From an uncultured Dehalococcoidia bacterium (GTDB lineage Bacteria > Chloroflexota > Dehalococcoidia > Lucifugimonadales > UBA3495): a stretch of DNA of 42,240 nucleotides. Numbering within the stretch: the stretch's first letter is position 1; the number at the start of each line of letters is the position of its first letter. The notes under the pieces were generated by a model. The model saw only the letters and a list, made by a program, of their open reading frames with translations, was not told the origin of the DNA and did no database searches. Shown here piece after piece: positions 19,568 through 28,105 of this stretch. The translations under genes were made by a program, and so were the position numbers. The DNA lies in contig CATMOE010000030.1 in assembly GCA_950072105.1 (NCBI GenBank), forward strand, positions 1-42,240, read 5' to 3'.

Positions 19568-21241
19568 TCAGCCTTGATGCCGTTGCATCTCGATGGCGAA
19601 CCACAAGGCCATGCCGCCGGTGCGATCGTCGAAGCCGAAAACGGCCGGCCGGTCCAGGTATTCGTCCGTCGATGCCTGGACCCCGGTGCTGGCGCAACCG
19701 TCCACCACGTTTCCTTCGCCGTCGATACGCTGGGAAACCCCTCGCCACGCCAGATCCAGCGGCGCCTGATAGGAAGGCCCTAACCAGCCCCGGCGCAGTC
19801 CTCTGGCCAAGGAGTAACCCAACATGCAGGTTGCGGTCAGCTCTTGGTACGAGCCGGGGATGTCCAACACCTCCGTCAGCATTCCCGACGGGTTTTGGAT
19901 CTTGACCAGACCGTCCAGCAATCTCCGGTACATCGCCACGACAGCGTCACGGCCTGGATAGTTCTCGGGCAGAAAGGTCAAGGTCTCGGTCAACCCCATG
20001 GCCGCGAAACCGTTACCCCGGCCCCAATAGAAATGCGCCGGTCGGCAATGCCAGAATAGTCCGTTTTCTTGCTGGATGCCGCCGTCGATAATAAATCTGA
20101 CCAGCAGGTCCAGATACCGATCCTCGCCGGTGATCTCGAAGGCCCGGCCCAGCATCGCGCCGGCCATAAACATATCCTCGGTGCGGAAGTCGGGGTCGCA
20201 AGGCGGTGGCGCGCCGCCATCAACGCCCGGACGATAGCGGTTGGCCACATCGACGATCAGATCGGAGTAGCGCCGGTCACCGGTGGCTTCCGATAATTCC
20301 CGGCCCCAGATCAACCCTGCTAGGTTCGCTCCGCTGGCCCGTTCACCGAACATCGCCACGGAGCCGGAAACATAAGGCTCCACCAACCGGACGATTCCAG
20401 GTGCCGGCGATTCCCCGCTATCGCTCAACTGGTGCAACCGGAGCCGCCCGCTGATTCCGACGCCTTGGGTGTAATTGACTGGGTCCAACTGATATCCATA
20501 GACCTTGGCCAGAGTCCGGGCCACCTCCAGATAGGAGCGCGCGGCTCGTGCTTCTAGCGCCTGGCGGGCTGGTGAAGCTCCCCCCAGGTCCGGTTGGTCC
20601 GAGAGCGCTTTCCACAACCGTCGAAGCTCATCACCCAGATCGTCCATTGGCGTCGTCAGCCTCAAGCCGGGTATCGGCCCCAGACCGTCCGGCGAACCCG
20701 TGCCCAAGGCGGCCAAAAGTGATCCGTTTTCCACGGAGTCGACCGGACCCGCCACGGCATCTGCCAGGCTGCCGCCGGCGTCGTTGCTCTGCCACCGCAC
20801 CGATTCTCCGGACCTCAACTCCAATACCAAACTAGGCCCTTGAAAACATATCCACCGCCACAGATAACGTTTCTCCGGCTCATCGGTGTCGTTGAAAAAA
20901 TTATCAGTGGGAGGATAGCCAGCGGAAAGGTCGCGACGGCCATCAGGGTTACAATTTGGGATGGCGGAAAGGCCGATATGAATTGCTAACCCGCTGTCCG
21001 GAGCCTGGAATAACTCAAGGGCGTGCCAGGCCAGGGAAACGTCGTCCACTTGACCCGATAATCCCGAGATCAGAAGCACCGGCACGGTGTTGGATGCCCG
21101 AGCGTAAGCGTCCTTATCCAGCAGCGCGGGTATGTTTTGCCTGCTGCCGGTCACCCCGCAGGCCGACACCGTCCAGCGCTCCGAACTATTTCTTGCCAAG
21201 GATTCCAGGTAGTCATGGAGACCGGCGGTTCGATCGGTCAT
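19568..21241 (-). CDS. GH88/GH105-like unsaturated glycoside hydrolase with N-terminal M14-peptidase-like domain
   Basis: C-terminal RTEDMFM, NGLFWH, WGRGNGF, ELTATCM; N-terminal VLLISGL..IPNCNPDG. Confidence 0.72.
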   Translation of the reverse strand: MTDRTAGLHDYLESLARNSSERWTVSACGVTGSRQNIPALLDKDAYARASNTVPVLLISGLSGQVDDVSLAWHALELFQAPDSGLAIHIGLSAIPNCNPDGRRDLSAGYPPTDNFFNDTDEPEKRYLWRWICFQGPSLVLELRSGESVRWQSNDAGGSLADAVAGPVDSVENGSLLAALGTGSPDGLGPIPGLRLTTPMDDLGDELRRLWKALSDQPDLGGASPARQALEARAARSYLEVARTLAKVYGYQLDPVNYTQGVGISGRLRLHQLSDSGESPAPGIVRLVEPYVSGSVAMFGERASGANLAGLIWGRELSEATGDRRYSDLIVDVANRYRPGVDGGAPPPCDPDFRTEDMFMAGAMLGRAFEITGEDRYLDLLVRFIIDGGIQQENGLFWHCRPAHFYWGRGNGFAAMGLTETLTFLPENYPGRDAVVAMYRRLLDGLVKIQNPSGMLTEVLDIPGSYQELTATCMLGYSLARGLRRGWLGPSYQAPLDLAWRGVSQRIDGEGNVVDGCASTGVQASTDEYLDRPAVFGFDDRTGGMALWFAIEMQRHQG

Positions 21242-21449
21242 ATATCGTTTATCCTGCCCACTAAATTACAAACGTGCGCATGTGCAAGGCCGAATCCTAA
21301 TGGCAATTATATCGATGGCACAACCTGACACGATCCGGGATATGGACTTCATCTTGAAACCCGAGAGTGTTCCACCTAAAAAATCGAAGGCCCTGCGAAA
21401 GCAGTAAGTCTCCTTTGGCCGCTCACAACTCTGTTGCCCCGGAATATCT

Positions 21450-21911
21450 CTACTCTCTCCCGCCGTCTCGAACAAAATGGGTCGTGTTGACCACAGCTAA
21501 TAAACGTCCCTCGCCGCTGGTTACTCGCGTCTCCACCACGATCAGCGTTTTGCCTCCATGGACTACTTGGGACTCGGCCCTTACGATTCCCTCTTGCACG
21601 TTGCTCACGATCTGGCTAGATAGCCCGATCGCCACGGGGAAACGTGCCAGGCCGTCGTAGCTACCCTTGATGTGGGCCACGGCCAAATAGGTTGCCGTGG
21701 TGTCGGCCAGCGAAATCATGGCCCCGGTGTGAACATAGCCGGTCCGTGTCTTAACCTTGGGGCCAACTTCAAACTCAGCCACCGATCTTTGCGGCCCAAC
21801 TTCAACGGCCCTGATCCCCAAGGGTTCCATCAAGGTATCTTTAACCCGGTCGTTAAGCCAAGCGGCAAGTTCCTCTGGAGGCAGGTCAACGGGCGACGAA
21901 TCAGCAGCCAT
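21450..21911 (-). CDS. PaaI-family hotdog thioesterase
   Basis: GYVHTGAMISLADT motif and size. Confidence 0.88.
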   Translation of the reverse strand: MAADSSPVDLPPEELAAWLNDRVKDTLMEPLGIRAVEVGPQRSVAEFEVGPKVKTRTGYVHTGAMISLADTTATYLAVAHIKGSYDGLARFPVAIGLSSQIVSNVQEGIVRAESQVVHGGKTLIVVETRVTSGEGRLLAVVNTTHFVRDGGRE

Positions 21912-22084
21912 GCGATTCTCCTCTAAAATATCCGACGCTCTGGGAGGAATATCAGATTAACGCAGCCAAAGGGGAAAATCTATCCGAAACAGGTGGTTAA
22001 AGTCAGAGCGGTCAGAAAGGGTGTGTCCAAAATCTAGTTGCCATAATAAATGACAAAATCTAGATGGATGACCGCTGTCCAAGC

Positions 22085-23383
22085 CTACTCCGCCGGCGTG
22101 TCACCGGTTATGCCGCTTTCCACCAGATCGTCTATCTCGGCCGGCGAGAGGCCCAACAATCCGTTGAACACCTGGAAATTGTGCTCACCAAGCCCGGCAG
22201 CGGCGACGGCCGGTAGTCTGGGGCTCTTGGATAGTACCCAAGGGGTGGTCGTTTGCTTGTAGGCGCCAGCCTCCGGGTGATCCACCACGTCCCAGAATCC
22301 CCTGGCCTCCAGGTGCGGGTCAGCTAGGGTCTCATTGGCCTTGAGTACCGCTCCGGTGGGTACACCGTGCGCCTGGAGCATGTGCATGACCTGATAATGG
22401 TCCCTTTCCAGGGTCCAGGTAGAGATTATCTGGTCCAGCTCCGCCTGGTTGAGCCGGCGCGACTCCAGGTCTTGGAACCGGGAGTCGTTTGCCAATCGAG
22501 GCTGACCGATGCACCGGCACAGCCCCAACCACTCATCTTCGGCACTAACCGAGATCGCCACCCACATGTCGTCACCCAAGCAAGGATAGACTCCATGGGG
22601 AGACATGTCCCGATGCCGGTTGCCCATGGTTCCCGCAACTCTGCCGTTGGCTGAGTAGTCCAGGAAAGCCTCTCCCAACAGCATTGAAGTGACCTCTCTT
22701 TGAGACATGTCCACCAAACATCCCCGTCCCGTGGCGCGGCGCCGCCGTAGAGCGGCCATCAAAGCGCCGAACGCCAATATTCCCACCACCGGGTCCGGGT
22801 AGGTCTCGTTGGTCATCAGCGGCGGCCCGCCCTCGTATCCGGTAACCGATGCCAGGCCTGCTGTCTGTTCCAGAGTGGAACCCAGCGACCCGTAATCTCT
22901 TTCAGGTCCGCTGTCCCCCTGGCTGCTGATCTTCACGTAGATAATCTGAGGATTAGCTTGGGAGATTGCGTCGTATCCCAGTCCCAGCCGGTCCATGACC
23001 GATGCTCGATAGTTCTCCACCAGCACATCGCAGATCCGTGCCAGGTCAAGGAATAGCTCTTTCCCCCGGGGAGCGCTCAGATCCAGGGTGACCGACAGCT
23101 TGTTGATGTTCCGGTGGACGTGGTGGGCGGCCCGGTTCCACGGACGTTCGCCGGGGTCGCCGCCGGGATAGACCCGAGGGTCGCCCGCCGCCGGTCTGGC
23201 TCGGCCCCGGTTGATGTCCATGCGCGAGCAGGATTCCACTTTAATCACTTCAGCGCCCATGAAAGCAAGCATCATGGTGGAGTAGGGGCCTGCCGCCACC
23301 TGGGTCAGGTCCAGAACGCGCAGTCCGTCTAATGCTGGCTTGATATCGTTCCGCTCCGCGCCCATTTTATGCCCGGTCCCCAC
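22085..23383 (-). CDS. Family III CoA-transferase (CaiB/BaiF), catalytic-Asp type
   Basis: LDGLRVLDLT..AGP, GAEVIKVE, VENYR, TYPDPVVG. Confidence 0.92.
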   Translation of the reverse strand: MGTGHKMGAERNDIKPALDGLRVLDLTQVAAGPYSTMMLAFMGAEVIKVESCSRMDINRGRARPAAGDPRVYPGGDPGERPWNRAAHHVHRNINKLSVTLDLSAPRGKELFLDLARICDVLVENYRASVMDRLGLGYDAISQANPQIIYVKISSQGDSGPERDYGSLGSTLEQTAGLASVTGYEGGPPLMTNETYPDPVVGILAFGALMAALRRRRATGRGCLVDMSQREVTSMLLGEAFLDYSANGRVAGTMGNRHRDMSPHGVYPCLGDDMWVAISVSAEDEWLGLCRCIGQPRLANDSRFQDLESRRLNQAELDQIISTWTLERDHYQVMHMLQAHGVPTGAVLKANETLADPHLEARGFWDVVDHPEAGAYKQTTTPWVLSKSPRLPAVAAAGLGEHNFQVFNGLLGLSPAEIDDLVESGITGDTPAE

Positions 23384-24566
23384 TGAATAGCTGGGTCAAT
23401 TCCTCTGGCGACAAGCCCAGGCGTCCGCCCAACACTTCCTCGTTATGCTCGCCCAAACGGGGGGCGCGGGACAGTTGCCAGCCCGTGTCGTCGATCCGGA
23501 ATGGAGCGCCGGGATGAACGATATCTCCTAACGCGGAGTCTTCTACGATCCGGAAGAATTCCCGGTGGGCAAATTGCCGGGACACCAGCAGGTCTTCCAC
23601 CGTGGCCACGTAGCCGGTGATGGTCCGAAGACTTTGGAGCGTGTGGTAGATCTCCTCTTTGGGTTTGGTGGCGGCCCAACCGCCCACAACGCCCAGCAAT
23701 TCTTGCTGGTTGGCCCGGCGCGCCTCCGGAGTGGAGAACCTGGGGTCGTCGGTCAATTCAGGGACACCCATCAACTGGCAAACCTTGGGCCAAGTACCCG
23801 CCTGCACCCCGATGTCCAGTCCGGGGCTAACCCAGCCGTCCTTGGCCTGAACCAGATTGGTTTCCCGCCGCACCGGGGTGCGTCCAAACTGGTAGTGGAT
23901 GGAGGAATGTATCTGGGCCACCGTCATGCAGTCCATCGCGGAGATGTCCACGTGTTGCCCGAAGCCCTGGGTGTCTCTGACGTGAAGGGCTAGCATGGTG
24001 GCGGAGAAGGCGCTTATGCCGGTGGTGTAGAGGGCCGCCTCGCCTCCCACTTTCAACGGTTCTCTGTCCGGAAGGCCGATGGTGTACATCAACGCGCCGA
24101 TGGCCTGGGCGACAATGTCCGACCCCTTGTAATCGCGGTAAGGTCCCGACTGTCCGAAGGGAGTAACGGAAACATAGATCAGGCCGGGATCGGCTTCGGA
24201 CAGAGTGTCGTACCCCAGTCCGAGCGAGTCCAGGTAGCCGGGGGCAAAGCTCTCTACCAAGATCCCGCAGTCTTGAGCCAGCCGCTTTAGAACTTGGGCT
24301 TGGCGAGGTACCTCCAAGTCCAGCGATACGCTCTTTTTGCTGGTGTTGAGATAAGCGAAGAGAGCGCTATTCTCCGGGCCGGGGCGGCCGCCCAGGAACG
24401 GCTCCGACCGTCTGGAGGGGTCCCCCGTTCCAGGTGGCTCGACCTTGACGACCTCAGCGCCTAGTCCGGCCAGGAGTTTGGCGCAAAAAGGCCCGGCCAC
24501 TCCCTGGCTCAAGTCCAGCACGGTTATATCGCCGAGGATCTTGTCGCTACTTTCCATAACACGCAA
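23367..24566 (-). CDS. Family III CoA-transferase subunit lacking the catalytic Asp
   Basis: VLDLSQGVAGP, GAEVVKVEPP, LNTSKKS; GGEAALYTTG at the Asp position. Confidence 0.9.
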   Translation of the reverse strand: MRVMESSDKILGDITVLDLSQGVAGPFCAKLLAGLGAEVVKVEPPGTGDPSRRSEPFLGGRPGPENSALFAYLNTSKKSVSLDLEVPRQAQVLKRLAQDCGILVESFAPGYLDSLGLGYDTLSEADPGLIYVSVTPFGQSGPYRDYKGSDIVAQAIGALMYTIGLPDREPLKVGGEAALYTTGISAFSATMLALHVRDTQGFGQHVDISAMDCMTVAQIHSSIHYQFGRTPVRRETNLVQAKDGWVSPGLDIGVQAGTWPKVCQLMGVPELTDDPRFSTPEARRANQQELLGVVGGWAATKPKEEIYHTLQSLRTITGYVATVEDLLVSRQFAHREFFRIVEDSALGDIVHPGAPFRIDDTGWQLSRAPRLGEHNEEVLGGRLGLSPEELTQLFSGDRA

Positions 24567-24669
24567 CTATACTGTCATTTAACATTTATTCGGATAGAAG
24601 TACAATTCCTGCTGTCTGACGGCCCAGCCGTTAGCCGTTTATTGTAATTCCGGAAACAAGGGTTGGTAT

Positions 24670-25863
24670 ATGGTAGCCGGTTTATTGCCAGGAGTGCGGG
24701 TTCTCGATGTTGGTCAAGGTATCTCCGCGCCATATTGCGCGAAGATCTTGGCCCAAATGGGCGCGGAAGTCATCAAGGTGGAACCTCCGGACGGGGATGA
24801 GGCTCGACGCATGGGGCCGTTCCCCGGCGATAGCCCACATCCGGAGAGGAGCGGCCTGTTCCTGGCCATGAACTCCAACAAGTATGGGGTCTCTTTGGAC
24901 CTGGCTTCGCCGGACGGGGCTGAAGCTTTCAAACGCCTGGCGGCCGGCGCCGACATCGTTGTCGAAAACCCTCCTCCCGGCTCGTTGGAAACCCATGGTT
25001 TAGGCTATGAAACCTTGAAAACCATCAATCCCGGCCTCATCTTCACATCGGTCACTCCCTTTGGCAACCGAGGCCCATACAAAGATTTCAAAGCGACGGA
25101 CTTAGTTTTGTATCATATGAGCGGCCACGCCCATGGGCTACTGGGAGCGGTCGAAGATCCAGATAGCAACCCGCCGATCCGGGCGGGCGGGCATCAAGCT
25201 GAGTTGGTGGGCGGAATGGCCGCCGCAACCGCTACGTTGATGGCCTTATACCGGAAGCGGATGACCGGCAAGGGTTGCCGCATCGACATCTCGTCATTCG
25301 AGGCGATGGTCAATCAACTCATCAGCGGCTTGGCCAGTTGCGCCTATGGCAGACCTGCCCCTCCCAGAGACGCGATAGAGGTGGAAGAAGCGGCCGCCGC
25401 GGGTATGGTTAGCGCTATCGGCGGAATATTGCCCTGTAATGACGGCTACGTGGCCATCTCTCCCAGAGAGGATGTGCAGTGGGAAAGATGGCTAGGGATA
25501 ATGGACAACCCGGCTTGGGCTGCCGACGACCGGTATTCCACCAGGGACGCCCGGCAGAAGAACTCTCCCTCGCTGTGGAAACTGCTGAGCGAGTGGAGCA
25601 GCAATCATTCTAAACATGAGATCGCCCGATGGGGGCAGGAGCAACGGATCCCCTGCTTCCCGGTCAATACCGTCCTCGACCTGTTCAATGATGAGCAACT
25701 GGCCCATCGGGAATTCTTTGTCGAGATAGAGCATCCGGCCGCCGGGGCCCTGAAATACCCGGGAGCGCCCTACAAATTCTCAAACACTGAACTACCGCTG
25801 GCGGCACGTCCGGCCCCGCTTCTGGGCGAGCATAACGAATCAATCCTAGGGAAACTGGAATGA
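24670..25863 (+). CDS. Family III CoA-transferase subunit (Glu at the Asp position)
   Basis: GVRVLDV, GAEVIKVEPP, MNSNKYG, GGHQAELVGG. Confidence 0.9.
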   Translation: MVAGLLPGVRVLDVGQGISAPYCAKILAQMGAEVIKVEPPDGDEARRMGPFPGDSPHPERSGLFLAMNSNKYGVSLDLASPDGAEAFKRLAAGADIVVENPPPGSLETHGLGYETLKTINPGLIFTSVTPFGNRGPYKDFKATDLVLYHMSGHAHGLLGAVEDPDSNPPIRAGGHQAELVGGMAAATATLMALYRKRMTGKGCRIDISSFEAMVNQLISGLASCAYGRPAPPRDAIEVEEAAAAGMVSAIGGILPCNDGYVAISPREDVQWERWLGIMDNPAWAADDRYSTRDARQKNSPSLWKLLSEWSSNHSKHEIARWGQEQRIPCFPVNTVLDLFNDEQLAHREFFVEIEHPAAGALKYPGAPYKFSNTELPLAARPAPLLGEHNESILGKLE

Positions 25864-25866
25864 CTA

Positions 25867-27039
25867 ATGAGTGATCTTCCTCTGGACGGCGTGAGAGTCG
25901 TAGACCTCAGTTGGATCATCGCTGGCCCTACCGCGACTCGCTTCATGGCCGCCATGGGTGCCGAGGTGATCAAGGTGGGCAGCGCCCGCCGGCCTGACCC
26001 CTCAACCCGAGGGCCGGCATTTCAGGCATACAACCAGTCCAAGCTGTACTGCGCCCTGAATATTTCCAGTCCAGAGGGATTGGAACTGGTCAAGCAGTTG
26101 ATCGCCGTTTCCGACGTCGTCATCGAGAATTTCGCCGTAGGAGTAATAGATCGGCTCGGGTTGAGCTATGAGGCCGCAAGCGCCGCCAGACCTGACATTA
26201 TCATGGTGTCCTCATCTGGCACGGGGCATTTGGGGCCGCATAAAGACTACGTTGCTTACGGTAGTCTGTTGCAGCACTACACCGGCTGGAACTCCATATC
26301 GGGAAATCCCCAGAGTGAACCCGTGCCCGGCGGATTGTGGGCCGACCCCTGGGTGGGCATGGAGTTGGCCATGGTTACCGCCGCCGCGCTGAATAATCGG
26401 GCATTGACCGGGCAGGGGCAGTACATCGATTTCTCCATGGCCGAGGCGCTAACCGCCGGTATCCCGGGAGCGATCCTGGACTACCAGATGAACCAGCGGT
26501 TGCCGGAAACCATGGGGAACCGGGATGCCCGGTATGCTCCCCACGGCGTTTATCACTGCGTTGGCGCCGACCGCTGGGTTGCCATCGCGGTAACCAACGA
26601 CGAGGAGTGGCAGTCGCTTTGCGGTGTTATCCAAAGGCCGGACCTACTGCCAGATCCCAGGTTTGCCGATGCTGATGGGCGGCGCGAGCATCAGGATGAA
26701 CTGGACGCCGCCATCACCCAGTGGACGATCTTGTTCGACGACCATGAGGCGACGCGGCGGTTACAAGAGGCCGGGGTTCCTTCCGGGCCGTCTCTGGACA
26801 TGTGCCGGGTATTCAACGAGCCGCAATTAAGAGAGGTGGGGTACATCAGCCAGATTCGGACAAGGGATGGAGAACTGAGAGAATTGCCGGGCCTCCCTTG
26901 GCGGTTCGAGGGCGGGGAGGAGCCGATTTTTACCGAAGCGCCGGTCTTGGGCCAAGACAACGAATACGTTTATCAGGAACTGTTAGGCCTGTCCGGGCGG
27001 GAAGTGGCCCGGCTGGTTGAGGAAGAGGTTATTTATTGA
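25867..27039 (+). CDS. Family III CoA-transferase, catalytic-Asp type
   Basis: LDGVRVVDLSWIIAGP, IENF, LWADPWVG. Confidence 0.92.
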   Translation: MSDLPLDGVRVVDLSWIIAGPTATRFMAAMGAEVIKVGSARRPDPSTRGPAFQAYNQSKLYCALNISSPEGLELVKQLIAVSDVVIENFAVGVIDRLGLSYEAASAARPDIIMVSSSGTGHLGPHKDYVAYGSLLQHYTGWNSISGNPQSEPVPGGLWADPWVGMELAMVTAAALNNRALTGQGQYIDFSMAEALTAGIPGAILDYQMNQRLPETMGNRDARYAPHGVYHCVGADRWVAIAVTNDEEWQSLCGVIQRPDLLPDPRFADADGRREHQDELDAAITQWTILFDDHEATRRLQEAGVPSGPSLDMCRVFNEPQLREVGYISQIRTRDGELRELPGLPWRFEGGEEPIFTEAPVLGQDNEYVYQELLGLSGREVARLVEEEVIY

Positions 27040-27094
27040 GCTTTTCCATGGGCAGGGGCGGTTGAATACCCCGAATTCTGTCCTGCTTACAGTC

Positions 27095-27340
27095 TGTCAT
27101 TCCGCCCAGCCTACACTCTGCCATCCGGCCCAACCTACACCCTGTCATTCCGACCGTAGGGAGGAATCTGGGGAAGTGCGGGGCCGCCCCACCCCAGATT
27201 CTTCGTCGCCCCGCTTCTCGGAATGACATTGGTCTGCGGCTGTGGAATGACATAAACCCCGGCAATTGCCATTCCGGCCCTTCTGCGGAAGGGGAATTCA
27301 GGGGAGTGTTAGCTGGATCCCGGCGAAGGGCCAGGATGAC
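27095..27340. repeat. Cluster of REP/MITE-like palindromes (TGTCATTCCG...CGGAATGACA)
   Basis: Element 27143-27228 has terminal inverted repeats and an inner GAATCTGGGG/CCCCAGATTC stem; degenerate element 27267-27340; 24-bp duplicated ends. Confidence 0.8.
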
Positions 27341-27350
27341 CGATCGGTGA

Positions 27351-27914
27351 CTAGCTGAACGTGGAAAGGTCCAGAATCTCAGCGCTCTTCCGGTCTGGTT
27401 CCAGCTCCAAGATAGCTACTTGGCCCAGGCGCCGCAGTTGTTTCGGCAGGCTGGGACTTCCGGGATTCACCATCAAGATTCCTTGGTATTCCTCAACGAC
27501 GGCGTAGTGGGTGTGGCCGAATATAACAATGTCTACCGCCGCGTCAAACACCGTCTCAAGCGCCGTGGACAGGGCGCTGTCAGGCGGGAAATGCTTGGCT
27601 AAGGGGCTAAGCTCGGTTATTTCTTGAGCCATACCCGGCACCAACAGATCATGGGTCAAGCCGATGGTGTGACCTTCCAGATGTAGGACCCTCTTTCTGT
27701 CCACCACACGAGCATCTTCTTTGAATTGAGCGTTGGCGCCCAGTTCAACGGCGTACACCGGCGCGATCTCCTCTAACCAGTCGAGGCATGAGGGAACGTA
27801 AATATCCCCCGCGTGGATAATCACGTCCACGCCCTGAAACGCGGCCACCACTTCCGCCGGCGGTTCCGCCCCAACACTGGGGTTATGTGTGTCAGATATG
27901 ACTCCGACTCTCAT
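27351..27914 (-). CDS. Metallophosphoesterase (YfcE family)
   Basis: VISDTH, IHAGD, FGHTH, NPGS. Confidence 0.9.
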   Translation of the reverse strand: MRVGVISDTHNPSVGAEPPAEVVAAFQGVDVIIHAGDIYVPSCLDWLEEIAPVYAVELGANAQFKEDARVVDRKRVLHLEGHTIGLTHDLLVPGMAQEITELSPLAKHFPPDSALSTALETVFDAAVDIVIFGHTHYAVVEEYQGILMVNPGSPSLPKQLRRLGQVAILELEPDRKSAEILDLSTFS

Positions 27915-27993
27915 TTGGCGTACTCCACTTGTTCAGTTGGCACGATTGCTAAATCATTATTCCAGGCTTTCCATATCCCAGTATAGCCGGTAG

Positions 27994-28021
27994 TTTACGA
28001 GCCATGGGAATGGGCTATAAT
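27994..28021 (+). promoter_or_regulatory. Candidate ppdK promoter
   Basis: TTTACG-N16-TATAAT. Confidence 0.45.
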
Positions 28022-28105
28022 CGCTCTCGGTCGCCCTGAACTAACTATTGGCCGCGACGTCGTTCCACCCAGAACCGCAGGGTACGCCCAGGGAGGAGGT
28101 AGGAG

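Noticed and set aside
27029..27265. Short ORFs over the palindrome cluster
   Set aside because: Their repeated peptides (CHSAQPTL etc.) are by-products of the non-coding repeat.
218..27998. Shared 14-mer AGCCGGTAGTTTAC near 219-232 (minus) and 27985-27998 (plus)
   Set aside because: A 14-nt match is expected by chance in a 42-kb two-strand comparison.
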